Made by a program: the position numbers and the translations under genes. DNA of 64,000 bases from an uncultured Solirubrobacteraceae bacterium (GTDB lineage: Bacteria > Actinomycetota > Thermoleophilia > Solirubrobacterales > Solirubrobacteraceae): positions 23,635 through 87,634 of the forward strand of contig CAVXQF010000002.1 of the NCBI GenBank assembly GCA_963763945.1, in the 5' to 3' direction. Of the stretch, positions 1 to 10,448 are shown piece by piece; the first letter of the stretch is position 1, and every line of letters begins with the position of its first letter. The notes below the pieces were generated by a model. It did no database searches, was not told the origin of the DNA, and saw nothing but the letters and a program-made list of their open reading frames with translations.

Positions 1-137
<137 letters not shown>

Positions 138-391
138 CGACTTCAGCGCTGTCTCAACGAGGAGCTCGGTGAAATTGCAGTCTCGGTGAAGATGCCGAGT
201 ACCCGCGGCTAGACGGAAAGACCCCGTGAACCTTTACTACAACTTGGTATTGGAGTTCGGTGCATTTCGCTCAGGATAGGTGGGAGGCTTTGAAGCGCTG
301 GTTGCGGCTAGCGTGGAGCCATCCTTGAGATACCACCCTTGGTGTATTGGATTTCTAACAGCGCTCCGTGAATCCGGGCGCTGGACAGTTC

Positions 392-424
<33 letters not shown>

Positions 425-579
425 CAAAATGTAACGGAGGCGCACAAAGGTTCCCTCAGCACGGCCGGAAATCGTGCGTAGAGCGTAAAGGTAGTAAGGG
501 AGCTTGACTGCGAGACTGACAAGTCGAGCAGGTGCGAAAGCAGGTCTTAGTGATCCGGCGGTAGCAAGTGGAAGTGCCG

Positions 580-622
<43 letters not shown>

Positions 623-648
623 GGGCCCAAGAGTCCACATCGACGGCC

Positions 649-687
<39 letters not shown>

Positions 688-697
688 GTGGAGTTGC

Positions 698-765
<68 letters not shown>

Positions 766-1495
766 AAGTTAACCGTTGCTGTCTATAAATTCGGCTATAT
801 GCTGGAAAACCCGTGCATCCCACGCTACTCGTCGCGAGCGTTCCGACCGGAACGAGCGTTACAGTAACAATGTGCTGGGTGCGGACAATCAGCAGGAAAG
901 GCTGGATGGCTACATCTCGGGCTTTGTAGATGGAGAGGGCTGTTTTGCAGTCTCCGTCAATCGCAATCCTTCGTGTCGTAGCGGCTATCAGCTGGTTCCT
1001 GAGTTTCATGTCAGCCAGAACGGTGACAGGGCTCAAGTACTAGATGTGATCCGACAACGTTTCGGTGGAAGCGGTTACATCAGGTCCAACGGGCGGAAGG
1101 ATCGTGCCGTGGTCTACGTCGTTCGACGACGCCAGGACCTTGTAGGGCACGTGATTCCGTTCTTCGAGCGATCTCCGCTTCTGTCCTCCAAGCAGGGGGA
1201 CTTCGAGAAGTTCGCGGTGATCGTTAGAGCGATGACATTAGGTCACCATCGAACGTCTGATGGGTTCGCTCACCTCCTAGACAAAGCATTGTCTATGAAT
1301 GGTGGCGGACGCTTTCGGAGCGTGCGCTGGAAGGCGGTCATCAGTAGCGATTCAGAATCCTCAGAGACTATACGCCGAACACAGAGAGTGATGCCTCTGT
1401 GAAGATATAGTCCGAGCTGCATGGCGACATGCAGAGCCAGGCAGAAATGACCTGGCCCACGCGGCTCCGCTGGAGAGTCGGTGGTAACAAATCTG
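766..1495 (+). mobile_element. Group I intron in 23S rRNA (inserted GAGACAGT^TCGGTCCC, about E. coli U2604)
   Basis: Removing 766-1495 restores GAGACAGTTCGGTCCCTATC. P1 is exon AGACAGT with GCTGTCT (778-784), giving a U.G at the splice site. Core elements AATCAGCAGG, CAGAGACTA and AAGATATAGTCC are present, and the intron ends in G1495. Confidence 0.95.
872..1402 (+). CDS. Single-motif LAGLIDADG homing endonuclease
   Basis: Motif [12 protein letters not shown], then FHVSQ and VIPFF..PL.S.K. Lies inside the intron. Start uncertain (GTG 872 chosen; the frame is open from 776). Confidence 0.92.
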   Translation: MLGADNQQERLDGYISGFVDGEGCFAVSVNRNPSCRSGYQLVPEFHVSQNGDRAQVLDVIRQRFGGSGYIRSNGRKDRAVVYVVRRRQDLVGHVIPFFERSPLLSSKQGDFEKFAVIVRAMTLGHHRTSDGFAHLLDKALSMNGGGRFRSVRWKAVISSDSESSETIRRTQRVMPL

Positions 1496-1626
1496 TCGGT
1501 CCCTATCTGCCGTGGGCGTTGGAGAATTGAGAGGATTTGTCCCTAGTACGAGAGGACCGGGATGAACGCACCTCTGGTGTATCTGTTGTCCTGCCAAGGG
1601 CATTGCAGGCTAGCTACGTGTGGATC

Positions 1627-1659
<33 letters not shown>

Positions 1660-1857
1660 GGCCTCAAGATGAGTTCTCCCATCCCCTAGAGGGAGTAAGA
1701 CCCCTAGTAGACCACTAGGTTGATAGGCCAGATCTGGAAGAACGGCAACGTTCGTAGGAGACTGGTACTAATGGTTCGAGGGCTTGACGGATTTTTGATA
1801 CTCGTTGTGTGGCGCTGTGCAGTTTTGAAGGACCGGGGAGGCTGGTCTCTCGCCTTT

Positions 1858-1974
1858 TCCGGTGGCTTTGGCGAGGGGGAAACACCTCTTCCCATTCCGA
1901 ACAGAGCAGTTAAGCCCCTCAGCGCCGATGGTACTAGGCCCGCAAGGGCCTGGGAGAGTAGGACGCCGCCGGTT
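1858..1974 (+). rRNA. rrf: 5S rRNA
   Basis: CCGGTGGC..CCCATTCCGAAC..AGTTAAGC..GCCGATGGTACT..GGGAGAGTAGGACGCCGCCGG. Confidence 0.97.
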
Positions 1975-1985
1975 TACTTGAACGC

Positions 1986-2018
1986 ACGAGCCGCCCCTGG
2001 GGCGGCTCGTCGTTGTTC
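1986..2018 (+). terminator. Probable rrn operon terminator hairpin
   Basis: Stem ACGAGCCGCCC/GGGCGGCTCGT right after 5S with a weak T-containing tail. Confidence 0.6.
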
Positions 2019-2239
2019 CGTATTCGGAACGATCTCATACACTGTGGGTGATTCGAGCGCGCTGGGCGTGGAGTAGGAGACGCCTGTGGATGGTGGCCCG
2101 TTCGCGCGCGATAGTGATACGGCTGGCGAGCTATGTCAGCCCACCACATGGCGAGAGGGGAAGCATCTTGAGCGAGAGAGGATCTACTGCCGGTAGATCG
2201 GCCGGCTGGCAGGCAACGGCGCGGCATCGAGAGCGGCAG

Positions 2240-2752
2240 ATGCGATCTCGCGGTCGGGCGGCGACCGTGGGTCTCTCGGTAGCGCTGCTCGCAGGCTCGG
2301 GTCTCGGCATCATCGGGGCAGACTCGGCGGCGGGATCCGGTAGCGCCGCAGGACGAACCGTTGCGAGGATCTCCCGCACAGTGTCGCTCAGCGAGAGCGG
2401 GCACCTGCACATCACGGGCAAGAAGCGACCCACCCTGAATGAAGCGCTCAATGAGGCCGGCTTGGTCACGGGGACGATCGCTGGTTCGATCTACATCCAC
2501 CTGCATGTCGTCTCGCCTACCAAGGTCACCGCCGAAGTCAATATCTACCCTCGCGACGGCTCGCTTTCCGGCTCGGGCTCAGCGAGCTATCGCGTCGTCG
2601 GCGGTTACGCCTCCTTCTCCGGCACGCTCTCGATCACTCGGGGCTCCGGCAAGTACGCGCACGCTCGCGCGTCGGGCCTGCGCTTCACGGGCACCATTCA
2701 ACGCAGAGACGACTCCGTGACTGTGAAGCTGAGCGGACCCCTTTCCTATTAG
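2240..2752 (+). CDS. Secreted beta-rich protein, possibly dirigent/allene-oxide-cyclase-like barrel
   Basis: Signal-peptide-like N-terminus. C-terminal SITRGSGKYAHARA resembles the ITGGTGxF/YxxAxG motif of such barrels (inference). Confidence 0.6.
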   Translation: MRSRGRAATVGLSVALLAGSGLGIIGADSAAGSGSAAGRTVARISRTVSLSESGHLHITGKKRPTLNEALNEAGLVTGTIAGSIYIHLHVVSPTKVTAEVNIYPRDGSLSGSGSASYRVVGGYASFSGTLSITRGSGKYAHARASGLRFTGTIQRRDDSVTVKLSGPLSY

Positions 2753-2762
2753 GAGGCAGCGA

Positions 2763-3578
2763 GTGCAAGCGCCCCGGCGACTACTCGGCATCGGCGCGGT
2801 GCTGCTCGCGTGCATCGTCAGTCCCGCGTCGGCCTCTGCTGCGCCAACGGTCGTCCTGCACACCTCCTTCTCGCCAAACCGCCTGGGCGCGAGCACGACG
2901 ATCGGCTTCGGCTTCGACATCGCCGGGCCCAACGGCAGCATCCCGCCGCCGCTTCGCAGCGTCAGCCTCAAGCTGCCGCCTGGGATCAACTACCTGACGA
3001 CGACCCTCGGACTCGCGATCTGCCAACCCGCGGCACTGCTCGAACGTGGGCTGGCCGGCTGCTCGCCGAACTCGAGACTCGGCTTCGGCAGCGCCTATGT
3101 CGAAGTGCCGTTCGGCGAAACCTCGGGCCACGAGATCCCCGACATCCAGGCGCTGATGGGTCCGCCGAACAAAGGGAACATCGTCGTTCTCTTCTATGCC
3201 GACGGACGCGAACCCGTCTATGCCCAGCTCGTGTTCGCCGGCGAACTGATCGCCGGCACGCAGACGCTCGGCGGCAGCTTGAATGCCGCCGTCCCGCTCG
3301 TCCCGAGCGTGCCCGCCGGACCCCCCGTTTCGATCGTCAATGTGCGCACGACGATCGGCCCCGCCCACCTGACCTACTACGAACACGTGCACGGCCGCAC
3401 GATCAGCTTCCACCCCCGAGGCGTGTCCGTGCCGGCGCGCTGTCCACGTGGCGGCTTCGCCTTCTCGGCGGCCTTCTCGTTCGACGACGGCACGAGCGCC
3501 GTCGCGAACAGCATCGTTCCGTGCCCGCCCCCGGTGAAGTCGAAGGCCAAGCGCGGATCGCGGAAGTCCTCGCACTAG
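2763..3578 (+). CDS. Secreted hypothetical protein
   Basis: RBS AGGAGG upstream, signal peptide ending ASA-A, Cys pairs, beta/Pro-rich. Confidence 0.75.
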   Translation: MQAPRRLLGIGAVLLACIVSPASASAAPTVVLHTSFSPNRLGASTTIGFGFDIAGPNGSIPPPLRSVSLKLPPGINYLTTTLGLAICQPAALLERGLAGCSPNSRLGFGSAYVEVPFGETSGHEIPDIQALMGPPNKGNIVVLFYADGREPVYAQLVFAGELIAGTQTLGGSLNAAVPLVPSVPAGPPVSIVNVRTTIGPAHLTYYEHVHGRTISFHPRGVSVPARCPRGGFAFSAAFSFDDGTSAVANSIVPCPPPVKSKAKRGSRKSSH

Positions 3579-3591
3579 CGGGAGCGGATCG

Positions 3592-4794
3592 ATGGAAGAA
3601 CCTCGCGGCCATCGAGTTGGGCGCCTCTCGCTCTTTGGCGCATTCGCGTCAGCGGCCGCGCGCTACTGGCTCACCGTCTTCCCGCGGGTAACGCTGGAGC
3701 TGCGCCACTGGCGCCGGAGCGCAAACCGGATCGCAGATCCGCGCCTGCGGCAGCTCGCCCTGGCCTCGCTCGGCAAGCGCGGGAACATGGAGGGCGCCGC
3801 CGCATTCGCCACGTTCGCGCCTTGGCAGCAGCGCGGCATCGTGATCCGCGCGCTTGTCGCCTTCCAGGCGATCTATAACTACGCCGACATGCTCGCCGAG
3901 CAGCCGACCGACGAGCCCGTGGACAACGCTAGAGATCTCCACCAAGCTCTGCTCGTCGCGCTCGATCGAAGCCGCCAGCCCCTTGTTCAAGACGCGCCAC
4001 CGCCCGCCAAGCGTGGCGATGGTGACTATCTCGCCGAGATGATCGCCGTGTGCGAGGCGGCCCTATGGCGACTGCCCTCCTACGGAGCCGTCGCAGCCAC
4101 CATGTCGGGGGCCGCCGAGCGGATCGTGGCCTTTCAATCGCTCAGCCTCGGCCAAAGGGGGGAGCTCGAGTCTTGGGCGGGAGATCAGGCCGCGACGGGC
4201 GCGGGCAGGCTCAGCGGGGGCGAGTTCAGCTGGTGGGAGGTGGCTGCAGCCGCCGGGTCCTCGCTCTCCGTGCACGCGCTGATCGCGGCGGCAGCGTCGC
4301 CGGAGCTGTCCGTCGCCGACATCGCCGCGATCGACGTCGCCTACTTCCCCTGCATCGGGGCGCTCCACTCGCTGCTCGACAGTCTCGTCGACGAGCAAGA
4401 GGACGCCGCCACCGGGCAGCTGCGCCTGCTCGACTGCTACCCATCGCGGCCGCGGGCTGCCGAGGGAATGGAGCGGCTCGCCACGGACGCAATCGACGCC
4501 GCCCGCAGATTGCCCAACGGGTCAGACCACGCGCTGCTTGTCGTGGCCATGGCCTGCAGCTACTTGGCCGCGCCCGAGGCGTCCGCGAGCGGTGTCGACG
4601 ACGTCTCACGGCGCGTAAGGGCGTCGCTCGGCGAGCTCGCGCGACCCATGTTGCTCGTCTTCAAGTTGCGCCGGCTGGCGGGTGCTCGGGGCCCCCGCTC
4701 GGTTCCATCCGCCTCCGCCTCCACCGCCGACGAGACAACGCCGGCCGCGTCGGTTGGCGCCGAGACCCGGGACGGGAATGCTCGAGCTGCGTGA
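3592..4794 (+). CDS. DUF2600 / tetraprenyl-beta-curcumene synthase (YtpB-like) terpene cyclase family protein
   Basis: YWLTVFPRV..EL..W, LALASL..K, FQAIYNYAD, AAAAGSSL and ALHSLLDSLVDEQED match the YtpB family pattern as recalled. Confidence 0.8.
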   Translation: MEEPRGHRVGRLSLFGAFASAAARYWLTVFPRVTLELRHWRRSANRIADPRLRQLALASLGKRGNMEGAAAFATFAPWQQRGIVIRALVAFQAIYNYADMLAEQPTDEPVDNARDLHQALLVALDRSRQPLVQDAPPPAKRGDGDYLAEMIAVCEAALWRLPSYGAVAATMSGAAERIVAFQSLSLGQRGELESWAGDQAATGAGRLSGGEFSWWEVAAAAGSSLSVHALIAAAASPELSVADIAAIDVAYFPCIGALHSLLDSLVDEQEDAATGQLRLLDCYPSRPRAAEGMERLATDAIDAARRLPNGSDHALLVVAMACSYLAAPEASASGVDDVSRRVRASLGELARPMLLVFKLRRLAGARGPRSVPSASASTADETTPAASVGAETRDGNARAA

Positions 4795-5482
4795 GCTCGT
4801 AAAGCACTACGAGCTCGTAGGCGGCGAGACGGTGCGGGCCGTCGACGGCGTCTCGCTGGAGGTGCCCACAGGGGAGCTGCTCGCGCTCTACGGCCCGTCC
4901 GGATCGGGCAAGACGACGCTGCTGCTGATGGTCGCCGCCCTGCTCGAGCCGACGAGCGGCTTGGTGCTCGTCGATGGCCGCAACATCTCGTCGCTGTCCG
5001 AGCAGGAGGCCTCGCAGTACCGGCTGTCCGAGCTCGGCTTCATCCGCCAGAACTTCGACCTGCTCCCCGGCGTGAGCACGCTCGACAACGCCGTTCTGAA
5101 GCTGCTGAAGAACGTGCCATGGAAGGAAGCGCATGAACGGATGACGCCGCTGCTCGAGCGGCTCGGCTTGGGCAAGCGGCTCAACCAGCACGCCGAGACG
5201 CTCTCGATGGGCGAGCGCCAGCGCGTGATGATCGCCCGGGCGCTCTCCACCGAACCGCGCCTGCTGCTCGCCGACGAGCCGACCGGGAGTCTCGACACGC
5301 AACGGAGCCACGAAGTGCTCGGCCTCTTGCGCGAGATGTGCCGCGAGCGCGACGTGGCCGTCGTGCTCGTCAGCCACGATCCGCTCGCCGCCGGCTATGC
5401 CGACCGCGTGCTCGCCCTGCGCGACGGGCGACTTGACGACTACGAGCCCGGCGTGGCGCCCGTTCCGCGCAGCGCTGGATGA
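4778..5482 (+). CDS. ABC transporter ATP-binding protein (LolD/MacB-like)
   Basis: Walker A GPSGSGKT, signature LSMGERQR, Walker B LLLADEPTGSLD, VSHD. Confidence 0.93.
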   Translation: MLELRELVKHYELVGGETVRAVDGVSLEVPTGELLALYGPSGSGKTTLLLMVAALLEPTSGLVLVDGRNISSLSEQEASQYRLSELGFIRQNFDLLPGVSTLDNAVLKLLKNVPWKEAHERMTPLLERLGLGKRLNQHAETLSMGERQRVMIARALSTEPRLLLADEPTGSLDTQRSHEVLGLLREMCRERDVAVVLVSHDPLAAGYADRVLALRDGRLDDYEPGVAPVPRSAG

Positions 5483-5531
5483 CACCCTCGCCGAGCTCGA
5501 CGCCGGGGCGAACGACCTGCCGAGGCAAGCG

Positions 5532-8050
5532 ATGAGGCTCGCCAACATGCTGCACCTGTACCGCGTGCGCCTGCGCTCGCGCCTGCTGCAGGAGTGCTTT
5601 GCCGTGGTCGGCATCGCCGCCGGCGTCGCGCTGCTGTTCGCATCGCAGATCGCCAGCAACAGCCTCTCGAGCTCCGTCGCCCAGCTGTCCAACGGGATCG
5701 TCGGCAGCGCCAAGCTGCACTGCTCGCCCGCGATCCGCGCGGGTTCGACGAGCGCCTGCTCGGCAGCGTCCGCCGAATCCCCGGCGTGAAGCTCGCAGCG
5801 CCGCTGCTCGAAGCCAACGCCAACGCGGTGGGCCCGCGCGCGAGTAAGTCGGTGGCGCTGATCGGCGCCGACGAGAGCCTCACCCAGCTCGGCGGCACGC
5901 TCGTGCGCCACACGCGGCTGGCTCCGTTCGGCGGGATCGGCGCGATCGTGATGCCCGGCCAGCTCGCCCGCGGCATCGGCGTGACCAAGTTCGGCGCCGA
6001 AGCGACGCTCGAGATCGGCGGGCACGTCAGCCGCGCGCCGCTTTACAAACAGCTCTCGACCCGCGAAATAGGCCCACTCGTCGACACGCCGATCATCGTC
6101 GCCCCGCTCTCCTTCGCCCAGGAAATGGCCGGCCTGCCGGGCCGCGTCACGCGCATCCTCGTCACGCCGAGGCCGGGCCGAGAAGTGGCGGTTCGGGTGG
6201 CGCTGACCCGCTTGGCACACCGACGGCTGAACGTCGCCGCGACGAGCTACGACGAGCAGCTCTTCGCCAAGGCCGCCGCCGCCGCCAACCAGTCGACCGT
6301 GCTGTTCGCCGTGATCAGCGCGCTCGTCGGCTTCCTCTTCGCCTTCAACGCCATGCTCCTGACCGTCTCCCAGCGCCGCCGCCTGATCGCTGATCTGCGC
6401 CGCGACGGCTACACGCCGCGCGCCGTGATCGGCGTGCTGCTGCTCGACGCCGCCGTGCTCGGCACCGTCGGCTGTGCGCTCGGCCTCGTGCTCGGCGACG
6501 AGCTCTCGATCCAGCTGTTTCACTCGAACCCAGGCTTTCTCTCCTCTGCCTTCACCGTCGGTTCGGCGCGCGTGGTAGGCGCGAAAAGCGTCGTAATTGC
6601 GGTCGCAGGGGGGATGCTCGCGGCGTTTGTCGCCGTGCTCAGCCCGCTGCGCGACATCCTCTCGCGCAACCCGCTCGCCGCGATCGCACCGCGCCCGGTG
6701 GGCGTCACGAGGACCGCTTCGCGCTGGCGCACGCTCGCTGGCGCGCTCTTCGTGGCCGTCGCATTGCTCGTGCTGCTCGTGCTGCCGCAAGCGGCCATCG
6801 TCGGCATGGTCGCGCTGACCGGCGCGCTGCTGCTGTGGCTGCCGCTCGGCCTCGACGCCATGCTCGCCTCGGGCACCCGCCTCGCGCGGAAAATGACGAG
6901 CGCCGTGCCGCACATCGCCGTCAGCGAGCTTCGCGCCGGGCGCTCGCGGGCCGTGGCCATCGCTGCCACCGGCGCCATCGCCGTGTTCGGCAGCGTCTCG
7001 ATCCAGGGCGCCCACGGCGATCTGCAGCACGGGCTCGAAAACGCCGCGCACGACATGAACGCCTTCACCGATCTCTGGGTCTCGCCGACGGGCTCGTTCA
7101 ACCTGCTGATGACCCAGCCGTTCCCGGAGAGCACGCTCGCCCGCCTGCGGCACGTGCCCGGCGTCCGCGCCGTAAGCGTCTATCGCGGTGGCCTGCTCGA
7201 CTGGCGCGAGCGGCGCATCTGGGTGATCGCGCCGCCGACGACAGCCAAGCCGCTGATCCCCCCGAGCCAGCTCGTCGAAGGCGATCTGGCCGTGGCAAAC
7301 AGGCGCGTACGCGGCGGCGGCTGGGTGGTCGTGTCGCAGGCGCTCGCCGACGAAGACTATTTGCACATTGGCGACGCCTTCACGTTGCCCGCACCGCGCC
7401 CCACGACATTCCGGCTGGCCGCCGTCTCGACGAACATCGGCTGGGCGCCGGGCGCGATCGTGATGAGCGCCGACGACATTGCTCGCGCGTGGGAAAGCTC
7501 GCAGCCGAGCGCCTTCAACGTGCTGCTCTCGCCCGGCACGACGCCGGCTCAAGGGCGTGCCGCCGTCCAGCGCGCGCTGGGGCCCGGTTCGGGACTCGCC
7601 GTGCAGACGGCCGGGCAGCACGCCGGGAAGCAGCGCAAGCTCACGCGCGAAGGACTCGCGCGGCTCTCGCAGATCGCCACGCTGATCCTCGTCGCCGCCA
7701 TCCTCGCCACGGCTGCCGCCATGGGCGCGATGGTCTGGCAGCGCCGCCCGCGCTTGGCCAAGCTGAAGCTCGAGGGCTTCTCGCCGCGCGAGCTCTGGGG
7801 CACGATCCTGCTCGAGAGCGTCCTCCTGCTCCTCGTCGGCTGCGCCGGAGGGGCGCTGCTCGGACTGCTCGGGCAGCAACTGCTCGATCGCGCGCTGGCG
7901 TCCGTGATCAACTACCCCGTCGTCCGCTCCGTCGCGCTGCCGACCGCGCTCGGCGCGCTTGCGATTGTCACCGCCGCCGCACTCGCCGTGCTGAGCGTGC
8001 CCGGCTACCTCGCCGCACGCGTGTCGGCGAGCCTCGCCCTGCAGGACTGA
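5532..8050 (+). CDS. FtsX/MacB-like ABC permease (apparent frameshift near 5720)
   Basis: N-terminal TM (GIAAGVALLFASQIA) in one frame continues in the 5594-8050 frame. Two FtsX-type TM repeats. Confidence 0.85.
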
Positions 8051-8073
8051 CCGTCAGACCAGCGCGCGGTGCG

Positions 8074-8496
8074 CTACGCCCCGAGCGTGACGCTGCCGTC
8101 CTCGCCCAGCGTCCAATGCGGATTGTGCGCCACCTCCCACGGATGCCCGTCCGGGTCGACGAACACGCCCGAGTAACCACCCCAGAACGTCTCGCCCGGC
8201 TCGCGCGAGATCGTCCCGCCCGCCGCGCCCGCCTGCTCGACGATCTCATCGACCTCAGCCGGTGAGCCGACGTTGTGCGCAAGCGTCACGCCGCCCCAGC
8301 CGCTGCCCGGCTCGACGCCGCTGTCCTCGGCCAGGCGCTCGCGGTCCCACAGCGAGAGCACGCTGCCGCCGAGTTGGAAGAACACGACGTCGTCGTCCTC
8401 GGCTGCGCCGCTGCGCCAGCCGAGGCCTTCATAGAAGGCCCGAGCGCGCCTCAGATCGCTTGTTCCCAGCGTGATGACGCCGAGTCTCTGCTCCAT
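8074..8496 (-). CDS. VOC/glyoxalase family protein
   Basis: ITLG..DL..ARAFY and TFWGGYSGVFVDPDGHPWEVAHNP. Confidence 0.92.
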   Translation of the reverse strand: MEQRLGVITLGTSDLRRARAFYEGLGWRSGAAEDDDVVFFQLGGSVLSLWDRERLAEDSGVEPGSGWGGVTLAHNVGSPAEVDEIVEQAGAAGGTISREPGETFWGGYSGVFVDPDGHPWEVAHNPHWTLGEDGSVTLGA

Positions 8497-8779
8497 CTCC
8501 GACCTCCAGTCGATCGATCGCGGGCTTGCCGATGGGGGAGAGGCAATGATGGCGCGCCGGCTCGATCTGCCCCGCGCGACGCTTGGTGAGCCGCCGCGAG
8601 CGACTCCCTGGCCCGCGCAGCGACGCTCGGTGTGGATGGGTCGTCTGCGTCTGGTGCTCGTCCAGGTCGACCTCCCAGTCGACGTCGTAGTCGTCCTCGA
8701 GCAGAACGAACGAGCGGGTGAGACGCAGGGCGCCGAGCGTGCGCTGCGCGAGCGCGGAGTTCTTTGTCGAAGCGAACAT
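8429..8779 (-). CDS. Small hypothetical protein, possibly SOS-regulated and leaderless
   Basis: ATG at 8779 lies inside a LexA-like box, 8 nt after a TAGCTT -10-like hexamer. Acidic patch LLEDDYDVDWEVD. Overlaps the VOC start by 68 nt. Confidence 0.45.
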   Translation of the reverse strand: MFASTKNSALAQRTLGALRLTRSFVLLEDDYDVDWEVDLDEHQTQTTHPHRASLRGPGSRSRRLTKRRAGQIEPARHHCLSPIGKPAIDRLEVGDGAETRRHHAGNKRSEARSGLL

Positions 8780-8786
8780 CTGTTCG
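8773..8786. promoter_or_regulatory. LexA (SOS) box
   Basis: CGAAC-ATCT-GTTCG matches the Gram-positive/actinobacterial consensus CGAAC-N4-GTTCG. Confidence 0.7.
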
Positions 8787-8830
8787 TAAGCTAGGAAGGC
8801 GATCGGACGGATACCTCCGGAGCGTCCATA

Positions 8831-8844
8831 CGAACGTGTGTACG
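8831..8844. promoter_or_regulatory. Second, imperfect LexA box
   Basis: CGAAC-GTGT-GTACG, one mismatch. Confidence 0.5.
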
Positions 8845-9119
8845 CATAGCGCCAGCCGACGCAAACCCGCATTCCAGAGCCATTCGTGGCGCACAGGCGC
8901 CTGCAACGGGAATTGCAGATCGCCTCGGGCGATCGGGTCGTCGCAGACCCGATCGCCCTCGTCAAATCCTCAGCTGGGCTCGCAATCGGCCGGTTCCGGT
9001 CCATGCGTGCAGGTGAGCGCCCGCGCATCGCGAACTTGACCGTTCAGATGGCTGTTACGCTTGCCAGGCGCGACGCGAAAGCTCCTCCTTGGGGCCGTCG
9101 GCGGCGGCGCACACAGCTC

Positions 9120-10418
9120 ATGGAGAAGTTCGTCATCGAAGGTGGCGTCCCGCTTTCCGGCACGATGGTTCCTGCCGGGAACAAGAACGGCGCGCTACCG
9201 ATCCTCGCCTCCGCGCTCCTCACCGAGGACGAGGTGCTCGTGCGCAACGTCCCGCGCATCCGCGACGTCGAGGCGATGCTCGACATCCTCAAGGCGCTCG
9301 GCGTCTCCGCCCAGTGGCGCGGTCCCAACGAGCTCTTGCTGTGCGCCGCGACCGCGCGCGAGATCGCGATCGAGCGCGAGCTGGCCGAGTCGATCCGCGC
9401 CTCCTTCCTGCTCGCCGGGCCCCTGCTCGCGCGCTTCGGCCGCGCCGTGATGTCGCCGCCCGGTGGCGACGTGATCGGCCGCCGGCGCCTCGATCCGCAC
9501 CTCGACGCCTTCAGGGCGATGGGCGCCGACGTCGAGTGCAACGGCACCATCGCCCTGCACGCCCCGCGCGGCCTGCGCTCGACCGACGTGTTCATGGACG
9601 AGCCGTCCGTGATGGCCACCGAGAACGTGCTGATGGCCGCCGCCCTGACGCCCGGTACGACCGTGATCGGCAACGCCGCCTCCGAGCCCCACGTGCAGGA
9701 CCTCGCGCGCATGCTCGTCAAGATGGGCGCCGACATCCAGGGCATCGGCTCCAACCTGATCACCGTCAACGGCGCCGAGCGCCTGCACGGCTGCGAGCAC
9801 GACGTCGCCCCCGACCACATCGAGATCGGCAGCTTCATGGCTCTGGCCGGCGTGACCGGCGGCGAACTGCGGATCAAGGACACCGTGCCCGGCGACCTGC
9901 GCATGATCCGCCTCGTGTTCGAGCGCCTCGGGCTGCGCTCGACGCTCGACGGCAACGACGTGATCGTGCCCGGTGGGCAGAAGCTCGTCGCCCAGTCCGA
10001 CGTCGGCGAGTTCAAGAGCAAGATCCAGGATGGGCCGTGGCCCGCCTTCCCGGCCGATCTGACGTCCATTGCGGTGGCCCTGGCGACGCAGGCCGAGGGC
10101 TCCATCCTCGTCCATGAGTGGATGTTCGAGAACAGGCTGATCTTCACCGACAAGTTGATCTTGATGGGAGCGGATATCGTCATGTGCGATCCACATCGTG
10201 CGATCGTCACCGGCCCGCGGCGCTTGCGCGGCGAGCGCGTCGAGTCACCCGACATCCGCGCCGGCATGGCCATGCTGCTAGCCGCCCTCTGCGCCGACGG
10301 CCGCTCCGAGATCGGCAACATCCGCCAGATCGACCGCGGCTACGAGCGGATCGACGAGCGGCTGCGCGAGCTTGGTGCGCGCATCGAGCGCGTTGCGACA
10401 GAGCCCGTGCCTGCCTGA
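9120..10418 (+). CDS. murA: UDP-N-acetylglucosamine 1-carboxyvinyltransferase
   Basis: GNKNGALP, RASFLLAGPLLAR, PGGDVIGRR, HEWMFENR, PDIRAG, IDRGYE. Confidence 0.97.
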   Translation: MEKFVIEGGVPLSGTMVPAGNKNGALPILASALLTEDEVLVRNVPRIRDVEAMLDILKALGVSAQWRGPNELLLCAATAREIAIERELAESIRASFLLAGPLLARFGRAVMSPPGGDVIGRRRLDPHLDAFRAMGADVECNGTIALHAPRGLRSTDVFMDEPSVMATENVLMAAALTPGTTVIGNAASEPHVQDLARMLVKMGADIQGIGSNLITVNGAERLHGCEHDVAPDHIEIGSFMALAGVTGGELRIKDTVPGDLRMIRLVFERLGLRSTLDGNDVIVPGGQKLVAQSDVGEFKSKIQDGPWPAFPADLTSIAVALATQAEGSILVHEWMFENRLIFTDKLILMGADIVMCDPHRAIVTGPRRLRGERVESPDIRAGMAMLLAALCADGRSEIGNIRQIDRGYERIDERLRELGARIERVATEPVPA

Positions 10419-10448
10419 GGCGAGTCACACACAGCGGCGCTCGTCGGA

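Noticed and set aside
4661-7879. 1072-aa minus-strand ORF and similar long antisense ORFs throughout the window
   Set aside because: They are shadow frames of real high-GC genes on the opposite strand and have no motifs.
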